Part shown: positions 37,855 to 47,489 of the stretch, one piece after another
How positions within the stretch are numbered: position 1 is the first letter of the stretch
How the letters are laid out: each line of letters starts with the position of its first letter
Source of the DNA: a bacterium
GTDB lineage: Bacteria; Patescibacteriota; Patescibacteriia; UBA1558; S5-K13
Direction: 5' to 3'
DNA: 48,229 nucleotides
Assembly: GCA_029555085.1 (NCBI GenBank)
Contig: JAKPTO010000002.1
Span: 1 to 48,229 of the forward strand
Position numbers and translations under genes: made by a program
Notes under the pieces: model-generated
The model's input: the letters and a program-made list of their open reading frames with translations, nothing else
Database searches by the model: none
Told to the model about the DNA's origin: nothing

Positions 37855-39582
37855 CTATCTTTCTGGTGTTAATTTATAATAATCAACTATAAACTCGGAT
37901 ATTTTTTTAAATGTTCTAGCTGATGTTGATTCAGCCCATTCTCTTTTTGGAGAATCGTATTTAACAACTATAACAAATCTTGGATCTCTAGATGGACCAT
38001 AACCAGTAAAAGTATGTATTGCTCTATTTTTTAAATATACACCACCCTGCGCTACCTGCGCGGTTCCTGTCTTACCAGCCACATAATAGTGATCCATCTT
38101 TACCGATTTACTGTGACCACTTTCCACTACCGATACTAACATAGCTGTAATTTTCTTTGAGGTGTTTTCTGAAATAACCTTTTTTTTCATTAAAGTTGGT
38201 ATTTCTTCTTGAGTTCCGTCTGAATAAACTATTTTTTTTACAATTCTTGGTTTATATAAATAGCCACCATTTGCTAAACTAGAATAAGCCATTGCTAATT
38301 GAATCGGTGTTGCTGTAAATCCTTGCCCAAAAGACGCGGTAGTTAAAAATACTTTACCTTTTTTATCTAAATTTGCAATATTTCCAGGAAGCTCTGTATT
38401 TAATTCTATTCCTGTATTAGAACCAAAACCGAAATTTTTTACATAATTTGCGAATCTTTCTCTTCCAACTAAATTAGCAACAAACGAAGATCCCGTGTTC
38501 AACGATTTATTTAAAACTTCTATCATGGTCTGAACTCCATTTGATTTCCCGTCAGAGTTTTTGATTGTATATCCATCAACTTTTACTTCTCCTGTGTCTG
38601 TATATGTTGTTTCTGGATTTATTAATTCCAAATCAAGACCCATGGCTATCGTAATTGCCTTAAAAACAGAACCGGGTTCATATGGAGTAAATATTATATC
38701 ATTAACATAATTTTTAGGATCTGATTTTGCATAATTATTAGGATCAAATCCAGGATAATTGCACATGGCCAATATATCTCCATTTTTTGGATTAACCACA
38801 ACAACGCTCCCAGAAACAGCAGAAAATTCTTTTACTCCATCTTTTATAGCTCTACACGAAAAATGCTGTATTGATTGATCAATTGTTAAATACAAATCAC
38901 TACCATCCTCAACATCTTGTATTTCTAAATCACCTATTGTTATAAAATTTCCATAAGCATCTTTTTCTCCTTTTAGTGTTGTGCCTTTGCCGCGTAATTC
39001 ATTCTCCCAATATCCCTCGAGACCATAATTGCCAACTATTTCATCTTTATTATTATAACCAACAAAACCAGTTAATTGACTTCCCAATTCTGAATCCGGA
39101 TAAAACCTATAAATTTCTTTTATAAAATCCAAACCTTCAATATTTAAATCTTTTACTTTTTGAATCTCCTCGTCTGTTAATTTACTTTTTATTGGCTCGT
39201 ATATATCATTTTCTTTTGACAATCTTTGAAAAATAGTATCTCTATCTACATTTAATATTTCTGACAATATTTGACTTGTTGATGATGCGTCTTTTATTGA
39301 CACAGGAATTGCATATAAAAGTAAATATGCTTTGTTCATCGCTATTGGATATTTGATATTATTCTCACCTGTTAAAAAAATTTCACCTCTTTTTGGTTGA
39401 AGTCCATGAGAAAATTCATGTTGTGCTTTTGCTTTTGATAGATAAATATGTCTTTCAATTATCTGTAAATAAAAAAGACGCGCCACTATAACAACAAAAA
39501 GAATCATAAATATAATCAAAACAAATTTTTGACGACTCGTATCACTAACGTCTCTTGTTTTAGCACGTTTTTTATAATACAT
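37855..39582 (-). CDS. ftsI: Class B penicillin-binding protein
   Basis: EPGSVFK (SxxK), SLN, KTGTAQ; follows ftsL. Confidence 0.92.
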   Translation of the reverse strand: MYYKKRAKTRDVSDTSRQKFVLIIFMILFVVIVARLFYLQIIERHIYLSKAKAQHEFSHGLQPKRGEIFLTGENNIKYPIAMNKAYLLLYAIPVSIKDASSTSQILSEILNVDRDTIFQRLSKENDIYEPIKSKLTDEEIQKVKDLNIEGLDFIKEIYRFYPDSELGSQLTGFVGYNNKDEIVGNYGLEGYWENELRGKGTTLKGEKDAYGNFITIGDLEIQDVEDGSDLYLTIDQSIQHFSCRAIKDGVKEFSAVSGSVVVVNPKNGDILAMCNYPGFDPNNYAKSDPKNYVNDIIFTPYEPGSVFKAITIAMGLDLELINPETTYTDTGEVKVDGYTIKNSDGKSNGVQTMIEVLNKSLNTGSSFVANLVGRERFANYVKNFGFGSNTGIELNTELPGNIANLDKKGKVFLTTASFGQGFTATPIQLAMAYSSLANGGYLYKPRIVKKIVYSDGTQEEIPTLMKKKVISENTSKKITAMLVSVVESGHSKSVKMDHYYVAGKTGTAQVAQGGVYLKNRAIHTFTGYGPSRDPRFVIVVKYDSPKREWAESTSARTFKKISEFIVDYYKLTPER

Positions 39583-39594
39583 AAAAAATATTAA

Positions 39595-39918
39595 CTACTT
39601 TAGAGAAATCGAATCTGACTCCAATTTTATATAATCAAATCCAGTTGATGCAATCATACCTAATTTTTTTTCTGATCTTTCTTTAATGTTGTCAATTGAT
39701 TGTAGTTCTGCAGATTTTAAATTTAAATCTTTGTTCTCGCTCTTTAATTCTGTCATTCTTGAATTTAATTTTCCCAAAACAAATCCTTCTGACGCTGCTC
39801 CTGTAAACTGTATAAAATGTATAAAAACTAACAAAACAGAAGATACTGCAAAAAACAAATTTGAATAAAAAATAATTTTATTTATATTTATTTTTGTTTT
39901 TATTTTTGTTTTTTTCAT
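39595..39918 (-). CDS. ftsL: Cell division protein FtsL-like
   Basis: TM plus coiled coil, between rsmH and ftsI. Confidence 0.7.
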   Translation of the reverse strand: MKKTKIKTKININKIIFYSNLFFAVSSVLLVFIHFIQFTGAASEGFVLGKLNSRMTELKSENKDLNLKSAELQSIDNIKERSEKKLGMIASTGFDYIKLESDSISLK

Positions 39919-39929
39919 ATATTTCTCCT

Positions 39930-39964
39930 CTCGAGTGAAATCTCTTTTAGAGATACGAATCGAG
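39930..39964. repeat. REP-like hairpin abutting the ftsL RBS
   Basis: CTCGA..ATCTCT-ttt-AGAGAT..TCGAG. Confidence 0.55.
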
Positions 39965-39970
39965 TAATTA

Positions 39971-40909
39971 TTATAACTTTTGAATTATTCTTAATTTTGC
40001 GCTACGCGACGCGGGATTGTCCTTAACTTCTCTTTCCGTTGGAACTATTACTTTTCTGTTTATTAATTTTATTTTAGCTCTGTGATTGCAAACACATTTT
40101 GGAAAATTTGGAGGACAAATACAGTCATGTGATGCATCTTTAAAAATTTCTTTTACAATTCTATCTTCTAAAGAATGGAATGTGATTACTGCCATTTTTC
40201 CACCTGTTTCTAAAATATCAATCGCATCGGGTAAAAAACTTTTTATATTGTCAAATTCATGATTTATGTAAATTCTAAGCGCTTGAAAAACTTTTGTCGC
40301 TGGATTAATTTTTGATTTTTGTCTATAAAATTTTTTATAAACACTTTCTACAATTTCCGCTAACTCTCTACTTGTTTTTATTTTTGAATTATTTCTGTAA
40401 TTTACTATTTGTTTTGCAATGTGACGCGCTAATTGCTCTTCTCCAAATTCTTTAAATATCTTCTCTAATTTTTCTTGTGAATATGAATTTATAATTTCTT
40501 CTGCGTCTTCCTTGTCATCATCTTCATCAAACTTCATTCCCAAATTATTATTTAAAAAGGAAAATCCGCGACTTGTATCTTGCAATTGATATAGTGATAA
40601 ACCGAGATCAAGTAATATGCCATGAATCTGTATGTCTCTATACTGTTCATTTAATTTTTCTTTTAAATTTTTATAATTTTGTTTTATTAAAATCGCTCTT
40701 CTTCCAAATTTATTTAATCGTTTTTTTGCTAATTCAATTGCCTTTTCATCTAAATCAACTCCTATCAAAATTCCATCAGGAGCAGTTTTTTCTAAAATTT
40801 TTTCCGCATGTCCTCCTCCACCCAAAGTTGCATCTATAAAATTTTGATTTGACTGTGGATTTAAATTTTTAATTACTTCATTCAATAAAACTGGAATATG
40901 TTCTTTCAT
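39971..40909 (-). CDS. rsmH: 16S rRNA m4C1402 methyltransferase
   Basis: HIPVLL, DATLGGGGH, DLGLS, FQALRI, FHSLEDRIVK, NPASRSAKLR. Start set to ATG 40909. Confidence 0.97.
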   Translation of the reverse strand: MKEHIPVLLNEVIKNLNPQSNQNFIDATLGGGGHAEKILEKTAPDGILIGVDLDEKAIELAKKRLNKFGRRAILIKQNYKNLKEKLNEQYRDIQIHGILLDLGLSLYQLQDTSRGFSFLNNNLGMKFDEDDDKEDAEEIINSYSQEKLEKIFKEFGEEQLARHIAKQIVNYRNNSKIKTSRELAEIVESVYKKFYRQKSKINPATKVFQALRIYINHEFDNIKSFLPDAIDILETGGKMAVITFHSLEDRIVKEIFKDASHDCICPPNFPKCVCNHRAKIKLINRKVIVPTEREVKDNPASRSAKLRIIQKL

Positions 40910-40913
40910 AATT

Positions 40914-41345
40914 TTAAATACCCAAATCACCAAGTTCGTTTGCTATATTTATTGATTCTTTCTCAATAGAATTTCTATATGTATTCCAAGCACTATCATT
41001 CCAAATTTCCAATCTATTAAAAACACCTGCTACAACTGCTTTTTTATTAAGCTGACAATATTTTCTCAAATATTCTGGCAAAACAATTCTCCCCTGTTTA
41101 TCCAAATCTAAATCCATTGCACCTGCTAACATAAGACGAGCAAAAGCTCGAGATTTGGATTGCGAAATTGGTAATTTAGAAAGTTTATCAGCTAATTCAT
41201 TCCAAGATTTTTTTGTAAAAACAAAAAGACAATTATCTAGTCCTTTTGTAACAACTGCTCCGGTTTTAAAATCTGCTCTAAACTTAACAGGTATAGCTAA
41301 TCTGCCTTTTTCATCTAATGTATGATTGTATTCACCTATAAACAT
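40914..41345 (-). CDS. mraZ: Transcriptional regulator MraZ
   Basis: MFIGEY..LDEKGRL.IP; DKQGRI.LP. Confidence 0.98.
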   Translation of the reverse strand: MFIGEYNHTLDEKGRLAIPVKFRADFKTGAVVTKGLDNCLFVFTKKSWNELADKLSKLPISQSKSRAFARLMLAGAMDLDLDKQGRIVLPEYLRKYCQLNKKAVVAGVFNRLEIWNDSAWNTYRNSIEKESINIANELGDLGI

Positions 41346-41411
41346 TGATTTATATGATAAAAATTAGTAATAATTATTACACAATTAGTAAATTGTCTAT
41401 AAAATATGAGC

Positions 41412-41520
41412 TGTGCATAACTTTAAGTTATCCCCACAGTTATCCACAATTCACCACCGTACTTATATTATACTCCACAAGATTACTATATTCAACCACC
41501 TAGCTTGTGGATAACTTTAA
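41412..41520 (-). promoter_or_regulatory. mraZ promoter with MraZ-type GTGG repeats and DnaA boxes
   Basis: Minus strand GGTGGTGAAT TGTGGATAAC TGTGGGGA (10-nt period) after TATAAT; TTWTNCACA matches at 41412-41420, 41440-41448 and 41506-41514. Confidence 0.75.
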
Positions 41521-41577
41521 TCTTAAAAATTCAAAACAATTCTCAACTTACAAAAACAATGCTAAAATTATCTTATT

Positions 41578-42273
41578 ATGAGAATTAATAAATTTTTATC
41601 TAGTTGCGGACTTGGATCTCGCAGAAAAGTAGAAGAGCTTATTAAAAAAGATTTAATTTTTGTAAATGGAAAAATTTGCAATGATTTATCAAAACAAATT
41701 AGCGAACAAGATATTGTAGAGTTCCAAAACAAAAAACTAAAAATTGAAAATAAAAAAATAACAATCATGCTAAACAAACCAATTGGATATTTAGTTACAA
41801 AAACTGATGATCGCGGAAGAAAAACTATTTATGATTTATTACCAGAAAAATATAAAAATCTAAATTATATTGGTAGACTTGATTATAATTCTTCTGGGCT
41901 TTTAATTCTTACAAATGACGGAGATTTAAATCAAAAAATCACAAAGCCAAAAAATAAAATTCCAAAAACATACGAAGTTACAACAGACAAAAAATTAACA
42001 AGCCAAGAATTAAAAAAACTCGAGCATGGAGTGGTTATAGAAGGCCACAAAACCCTCCCAGCTGAAATTTTAAACGCAAATGAAGATAAGTTCACAATTA
42101 CAATTTATGAAGGTAAAAAACGCCAAATTAGGCTTATGGTGGCCTCTCTTAATGCAAAAGTTGTTAAATTAAAAAGAATACAAATTGGAAAACTAAAACT
42201 TGGAAACTTAGAATTAGGAAAATATAAATTATTAGAAGATTCAAGTGTAAATCTATTGACAAAAATAGACTAA
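41578..42273 (+). CDS. rRNA pseudouridine synthase, RsuA/RluB family
   Basis: S4 domain (RINKFLS..G..SRR), NKP.G, GRLD, EGKKRQIR.M. Confidence 0.95.
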   Translation: MRINKFLSSCGLGSRRKVEELIKKDLIFVNGKICNDLSKQISEQDIVEFQNKKLKIENKKITIMLNKPIGYLVTKTDDRGRKTIYDLLPEKYKNLNYIGRLDYNSSGLLILTNDGDLNQKITKPKNKIPKTYEVTTDKKLTSQELKKLEHGVVIEGHKTLPAEILNANEDKFTITIYEGKKRQIRLMVASLNAKVVKLKRIQIGKLKLGNLELGKYKLLEDSSVNLLTKID

Positions 42274-42294
42274 GAACAAAAACAATCAACAACA

Positions 42295-42329
42295 AATAAG
42301 AGAGACTTCAATCCTCTCTTATTTTTTTT
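42295..42329. terminator. Probable bidirectional terminator
   Basis: AATAAGAGAG-N9-CTCTCTTATT plus T run between convergent genes. Confidence 0.7.
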
Positions 42330-42711
42330 GTGTTATATTTGGCTCTTTATAATAAAATGGCTTTACAAATTCTCGACTAGGTTTTAAATCTAACAATTTT
42401 AAAATATCATCTTTTGTTTTTATTTCTTTTTGAGAAGTTCCAACAACTGGAATTTTGAGTGCAAATGAAAGCGTATTTGCTAAAACCACGCCAATTCTAA
42501 CAGAAGTAAATGAACCAGGACCAGTGTTTACGATAATACGCTTCAAATTTTGTAATTTAACTTTTTTTGATCTTAAAAATTTATCTAAAAATTTCAAAAG
42601 ATTTTCAGATTGTTTGTTTTCCACATTTTTCTCTAATAAAAAAACTTCTTGTTTTTTGATTAAAGCAAGTTTTATAAATTCTCTATTCGCTGTATCAATG
42701 TACAAAATCAC
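42319..42711 (-). CDS. tsaB: tRNA t6A biosynthesis protein TsaB (short form)
   Basis: ILYIDT, GPGSFTSVRIG, P.Y.KEPNIT; GTG start overlaps the upstream TAG (TAGTG). Confidence 0.92.
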   Translation of the reverse strand: MILYIDTANREFIKLALIKKQEVFLLEKNVENKQSENLLKFLDKFLRSKKVKLQNLKRIIVNTGPGSFTSVRIGVVLANTLSFALKIPVVGTSQKEIKTKDDILKLLDLKPSREFVKPFYYKEPNITQKK

Positions 42712-43280
42712 TATTTTTCTGATTTAATTTTATCTATAATAACAATTTTTTTGTTCTTCAAAATATTATATAAAAATCTATCTGTCATACCACATCTATA
42801 ATTAAATTCTTTTTGATCCATTAATGTATAATTTAAATCTACCATAAATTCAGAAGACATTTGATCTACAATTTTTTCTATAATACTTTTATTAATCTTT
42901 CCAACAATAATCATATCTGTAAGAGTTTCATCTTTTAAATCAACAAAATATCCAGTCAGAGCTAAATATTTCACGCCATCCAATCGCTTCAATCTCCTGA
43001 TATATTCTTTTTCAAGTAAAACTCTAGATTTTATTATAATATTTCTTAACTCCTCAAATAAAATAAAGTTTTTATTTATATAATAAAATTTTTTATTATT
43101 TTTTTCTTCGTATTTTAAAAGACCTATTTTTTCTAAATTTTCCAGTTCTCTTCTTACTGAATTTATTTGCTCACCTAATTCTCTTGTTATTTCTCTAACA
43201 AAAAACATTGAATCCTGTTTTGCAAAAAATAATCTTAAAATTTTCACCCTTGTTTTTGAACCAAATAATCGATCAAGCAT
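42711..43280 (-). CDS. Winged-helix protein with degenerate nucleotidyltransferase-like C-terminus
   Basis: LFGSKTRVKIL, VREITR....NSVRRELENL..GLL; TG.F....TDMIIVG. Confidence 0.8.
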   Translation of the reverse strand: MLDRLFGSKTRVKILRLFFAKQDSMFFVREITRELGEQINSVRRELENLEKIGLLKYEEKNNKKFYYINKNFILFEELRNIIIKSRVLLEKEYIRRLKRLDGVKYLALTGYFVDLKDETLTDMIIVGKINKSIIEKIVDQMSSEFMVDLNYTLMDQKEFNYRCGMTDRFLYNILKNKKIVIIDKIKSEK

Positions 43281-43401
43281 AAATTTAATTTCTCAATTTT
43301 GAATTTTGAATAAAATAAAAAACATATTAATTTAAAATTATCCATTCCCAAATTATTATATTTATAGTATAATATTTTTATATAGAATATTCAAGAATTA
43401 T

Positions 43402-45792
43402 ATGAAATATATATTAAAAACTAGTAAATTATCGCTTAATCCTCAGGACAATCAAAACAAATCAATAATCTACACAGGCTCTCCAAATAAAGGACAAAAA
43501 GACAAGGGGAAACTTATTGTAATGTTTGATTTTCCAGAACAAACAGAAAATCCAAAAGATTTAGGAAATTTATTGGTTCAAAAAATTCACAAATTATATT
43601 ATGAATCAACCCTCATAGATCAAGAATCTATTTTAGAAAACATTTTAGGAGAAACCAATGAAAACTTACCAACACTAACAAAAATAAATAAAGATTGGTT
43701 AAAAAAATTTAACGCTCTAATAACAATAATATACAGACAAGATGTTTACTTCTCACCAGTGGGAAATATTTCTGCATGGGTCAATTCCCCTCAAGGCAAA
43801 ATAGTAAATATTTTCGATTATGTTAATTCTGAAGTACAAAAACCAACAATTGATAATGTTTTTACCAATATATTAAGTGGAAAAATTGAATCTGGTCAAT
43901 CTCTTATATTCACCACAAACAGTGTTTTTGATTATATAGCAGAAGACAAATTAGATACCATAATGAAAGAAAACGATCCACAGGGAATTGTTATAAAATT
44001 AAAAGAATTACTATTTGAAGTGCGTGATAAAAGTTTCTGTCTCTCAGCAATAAAACTCTCCCCCTATGAAGCCGGAGAAAAACAAGAACAAATAAAAAGC
44101 AAAATTCAAGTTACGGAATCTGCGCAGGAATCTATTGATAACTTACTAAATATTCAGCAAAAAACCAAAGAAATACTTACAAAAGGAAAAACAAAACTCG
44201 AGGAAGATAAAAATATTAAAAAAAGTACAGATAAAAAAAATAACAAAAAGCAAAAATTATCTAAAGATACTACAAAAGAAAAAAAAGAAGAATTAAATAT
44301 TACTGAAGAAAACGAAGAAAAAGAACCAATAACAAAAGACAAACCTAGTGCGGATGAATTGGAGCAAAAAATAATGGAAGAATTAAATATTACTGAAGAA
44401 AACGAAGAAAAAGAACCAATAACAGAAGATCAATCCGTTGAAGATAGTTTAGAACAAAAATTAATAGAAGAAATATCAGCAAATGAAAATGAAACATCCA
44501 TCACAGCGCCATCAAGATTTGAAAAAAAATACAAAAAACAAAATTCTCAAATATTGAAAAAAATTCTAAGAGTAATAATTTTTCCATTCATAAAAATCAT
44601 AGAATTATTATCTAAAATTAAAATCCCTAAAAAAGAAAAAAATATTGGAACTACAATATCACAAAGACAAAATGCGCCAATAACAGTATTTAGATCCTCA
44701 AAAAATAAAAATAAAATAATTTTAATTATAGCTACACTACTACTTCTTGGATTTATATTGAATCTAATATTAACAAACAACAAAAAAGAACAATCCCTAG
44801 ACAATGAAAAATATGAAAAAATATTAGCAGAAATAAAAGATAAAAAAATGGAATATGATTTAGCAAATATCTACAAAGACGAAGCACAAGCAAAAGAAAA
44901 ATTAAAAGAAATTTCAGAACTCATAAACTCACTACCTCAACAAACCAAAAAACAACAAGAAGAATATGCTAAAATATTAGGCAGTATAACCGAAATATTA
45001 AACAGCGTAAGAAAGATGGAGACAATTACAAATCCAGAAATTTTCTCGGAAACAAACTTTGATATAGTTAAAATCATTAAACATGGAAATCAAATCATTA
45101 ATTTAGGTTCAAACTCATCTCAAATTTCAAAAATTGATATAAATTCAAAATCACAAACCAATATTGGAAAAGATGGATCTTATACAAACATAAATACTTT
45201 TACAAAAAATGGTGATTATGTTATAGGGCTAGATATAAAAGATTTGGTAAAAATAAATCCTGCAAACTCTGAAATAACAAAAGAATCAATCGCATATCAT
45301 CCAAATTATAAATCTAGCGCTGATGCTGAAACCTATGCAGATAATTTATATATTTTAGATTCTCAATCAAATCAAATTTACAAACATATTGGAAATAAAG
45401 GAAAACTGGGCAAGGGCGATCTCTGGATAAAAGACAATACCAATGTTTCAAATTCCACTTGTATAGCAATTGATACAAATATCTATATAGGAAATAACGA
45501 TGGTTCATTAATTAAAATGTATGCTGGTAAAAAAACTCCACTTGAATTAAAAGACATAGATCCAAAAATTTCTAAAATAGATAAAATTTATACAGATAAA
45601 TCAATTAAAGAAATATATATCCTAGATTCTTCTAGTAAAAGAATAATAATAATTGATAAAGATGGGAATTTACTAAAACAATATTATCTACCAACTCTAA
45701 AACAAATAAATAATTTCGCGGTTGATGGCGCTTCTAAAAAATTATACATAGCATCAGAAAATAAGATAATTATTTTAAACATCTCATTGTAA
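43402..45792 (+). CDS. Bitopic protein: PP2C-like cytoplasmic domain, acidic linker, TM, helical stalk, beta-propeller
   Basis: VG.ISAW, SGKI..G..L.F.T; TM near residues 440-457; LYILD..NQIYK, IAID.NIY, IYILD..KRII repeats. Confidence 0.65.
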   Translation: MKYILKTSKLSLNPQDNQNKSIIYTGSPNKGQKDKGKLIVMFDFPEQTENPKDLGNLLVQKIHKLYYESTLIDQESILENILGETNENLPTLTKINKDWLKKFNALITIIYRQDVYFSPVGNISAWVNSPQGKIVNIFDYVNSEVQKPTIDNVFTNILSGKIESGQSLIFTTNSVFDYIAEDKLDTIMKENDPQGIVIKLKELLFEVRDKSFCLSAIKLSPYEAGEKQEQIKSKIQVTESAQESIDNLLNIQQKTKEILTKGKTKLEEDKNIKKSTDKKNNKKQKLSKDTTKEKKEELNITEENEEKEPITKDKPSADELEQKIMEELNITEENEEKEPITEDQSVEDSLEQKLIEEISANENETSITAPSRFEKKYKKQNSQILKKILRVIIFPFIKIIELLSKIKIPKKEKNIGTTISQRQNAPITVFRSSKNKNKIILIIATLLLLGFILNLILTNNKKEQSLDNEKYEKILAEIKDKKMEYDLANIYKDEAQAKEKLKEISELINSLPQQTKKQQEEYAKILGSITEILNSVRKMETITNPEIFSETNFDIVKIIKHGNQIINLGSNSSQISKIDINSKSQTNIGKDGSYTNINTFTKNGDYVIGLDIKDLVKINPANSEITKESIAYHPNYKSSADAETYADNLYILDSQSNQIYKHIGNKGKLGKGDLWIKDNTNVSNSTCIAIDTNIYIGNNDGSLIKMYAGKKTPLELKDIDPKISKIDKIYTDKSIKEIYILDSSSKRIIIIDKDGNLLKQYYLPTLKQINNFAVDGASKKLYIASENKIIILNISL
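44287..44424 (+). repeat. Intragenic 48-bp exact direct repeat (EELNITEENEEKEPIT x2, 90-bp period)
   Basis: 44287-44334 equals 44377-44424. Confidence 0.9.
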
Positions 45793-45804
45793 ACAAAAAC
45801 AAAT

Positions 45805-45839
45805 AAAAAAATAATCCCAAGGAATTGGGATTATTTTTT
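45805..45839. terminator. Bidirectional terminator
   Basis: AAAAAATAATCCCAA..TTGGGATTATTTTTT between convergent genes. Confidence 0.88.
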
Positions 45840-45849
45840 GAATGTGTAA

Positions 45850-46257
45850 TTATTTTAATGTTACTTTTCCACCAGCTTCTTCAATCTTTTTCTTTAATTC
45901 CTCTGCTTTTGCTTTGTCAGCGCCTTCAACTACAACTTTTGGAGCTTGATCAGCGATATCTTTTGCTTCTTTAAGTCCAAGTTGTGTAACTTCTCTAATG
46001 GCTTTTATAACACTTATCTTATTTGCACCAGTCTCAGTTAATTCAACATCGAATGATGTTTTTTCTTCTGCTGGCGCTTCAGCTGCTCCACCAGCCTGTG
46101 GCATGGCTCCCATCATTACAGGAGCGGCTGAACTTACTCCGAATTTTTCTTCCAAAATTTTTACAAGTTCTGAAAGATCCAAAACGGACATTTTTTCAAT
46201 TTCTTCTACAATTCCTTTAAATTTTTCTGGAATTGTTACTTGTTTTTCTTCTGACAT
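45850..46257 (-). CDS. rplL: 50S ribosomal protein L7/L12
   Basis: [26 protein letters not shown]. Confidence 0.99.
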   Translation of the reverse strand: MSEEKQVTIPEKFKGIVEEIEKMSVLDLSELVKILEEKFGVSSAAPVMMGAMPQAGGAAEAPAEEKTSFDVELTETGANKISVIKAIREVTQLGLKEAKDIADQAPKVVVEGADKAKAEELKKKIEEAGGKVTLK

Positions 46258-46287
46258 ATTATTAGTTGCTTTAATTAATTATTTAAA

Positions 46288-46803
46288 TTATTTAGTTTCT
46301 TTAATTGCGTTTAAAACATTTAGTAATCCTCTCATATTAGCAGATAAAACATTCACAAATCCTGTAATTGGATTTTTGATAGTTCCAAGTAATTTTGCAA
46401 GCAATTCTTCTTTTGATAAAAGTTTTGATAATTCCATCACCTGCTCTCTAGTCAAAAAATTTCCCTCTAACCATGCTCCGTGAATTTGAAGTCCTTTGTT
46501 GTCTTTTGCAAATTTTGCTAATATTTTTGCCGCAATTACTTCATCATCGCTATATGCAAGTGATAAATTTCCATTAAATGATTCCAAAACTCCTTCGTCA
46601 ATGTCATTTTCCTTTGCTAGTTTGAGAATGGTTTTCTTAACTACCTGATAAAAAACATTATTTTTTCTAAGTTCATTTCTTAATTCTTCTAATTTTGAAA
46701 CAGAGAGTTTTTCATAAGAAGTCATAATAACAAGTTTTGAATCACTGAGCTTGTTTTTTACTTCTTTTAATGCTTCTTGTTTCTGTAATTTTGTCTTTGC
46801 CAT
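46288..46803 (-). CDS. rplJ: 50S ribosomal protein L10
   Basis: LR..LR..VVKKT, LSKL.SKEELLAKLLG; precedes rplL. Confidence 0.97.
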   Translation of the reverse strand: MAKTKLQKQEALKEVKNKLSDSKLVIMTSYEKLSVSKLEELRNELRKNNVFYQVVKKTILKLAKENDIDEGVLESFNGNLSLAYSDDEVIAAKILAKFAKDNKGLQIHGAWLEGNFLTREQVMELSKLLSKEELLAKLLGTIKNPITGFVNVLSANMRGLLNVLNAIKETK

Positions 46804-46848
46804 ATTATTAAGCTGTTAGTAATTAACTTTCAGCAATTTTATATTAAT

Positions 46849-46948
46849 AAAAAATTTCTGTAGAATCCACAGAAATAAAAATTAAAATAGTTAATTTTCC
46901 TCGGCGAGTAATTAAGTCATTTTATGTTGACACTCACTGTCTGTGGAA
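46849..46948 (-). ncRNA. Ribosomal protein L10 leader with attenuator hairpin
   Basis: CAGACAGTGAGT..TTAATTACTCGCCGAGG core, then TTTCTGTGG..CTACAGAAA-TTTTTT, upstream of rplJ. Confidence 0.8.
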
Positions 46949-46956
46949 CATATACA

Positions 46957-46984
46957 AGTATAGCAAATATATAAAATGTGTCAA
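46957..46984 (-). promoter_or_regulatory. Sigma70 promoter of rplJL
   Basis: TTGACA-N16-TATACT with extended -10 TG. Confidence 0.85.
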
Positions 46985-47028
46985 GCAATTAAATACTAAT
47001 CAATTATTTAATAAAATTATATGCAAAT

Positions 47029-47060
47029 AAAAAGTCCCGTCGCAACCACGCAAACGGGAC
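47029..47060 (-). terminator. Terminator of the small membrane peptide cassette
   Basis: GTCCCGT..GC..GC..ACGGGAC followed by TTTTT on the minus strand. Confidence 0.8.
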
Positions 47061-47089
47061 CAGTTTTTTTGGGGGGGGCTGACCGAAGG

Positions 47090-47254
47090 TCAGCCCCTAA
47101 CCATTCCTAGGGTCTGGAGGCCGGTTACCAGGACCGTCACGCCTCCAAAAATCAATAAAAAATCTTTTAGCGGTGCTGTCGCCAACAGCACCGCTAAAAG
47201 CAGTGCGTAAAACACGGCCATTATGATGGCCATGATTTTAAAAATTTTACTCAT
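47090..47254 (-). CDS. 54-aa two-TM membrane peptide
   Basis: AGAGGAGG-A7-ATG at 47254; MSKIFKIMAIIMAVFYALLLAVLLATAPLKDFLLIFGGVTVLVTGLQTLGMVRG. Confidence 0.7.
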   Translation of the reverse strand: MSKIFKIMAIIMAVFYALLLAVLLATAPLKDFLLIFGGVTVLVTGLQTLGMVRG

Positions 47255-47427
47255 TTTTTTCCTCCTCTGCTCCTGGGTTTTGATTTTGCCTTTTGGCAAC
47301 CCAGAAGCTTGACCACTGTTGAGTTTTTTACAGTGATCGAAATAACATAGCTTCTCAATAGATAGAATAAAGCTATACTATTTTGATCACTGTATATGTT
47401 TTATCAATGAACTTATTTGAATATATA

Positions 47428-47456
47428 ATATTAGCATATTTAAAATATTTTGTCAA
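47428..47456 (-). promoter_or_regulatory. Sigma70 promoter of the small-peptide cassette
   Basis: TTGACA-N17-TAATAT with extended -10 TG. Confidence 0.7.
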
Positions 47457-47489
47457 GTATTGGTTAACACTAATGTATAATATTTGATA

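Noticed and set aside
41412-41520. Replication origin
   Set aside because: Only three DnaA boxes, no dnaA or dnaN nearby; better explained as the mraZ promoter.
532-46483. Many short ORF-track entries antisense to or nested in real genes (e.g. 16130-16618, 19115-19462, 21671-22084, 45998-46483)
   Set aside because: Shadow frames of well-supported genes, with no RBS or recognisable motifs.
45850-46803. rplJL detached from rplKA-rpoBC, and short HrcA/TsaB
   Set aside because: To my knowledge common in reduced CPR genomes, so not novel by itself.
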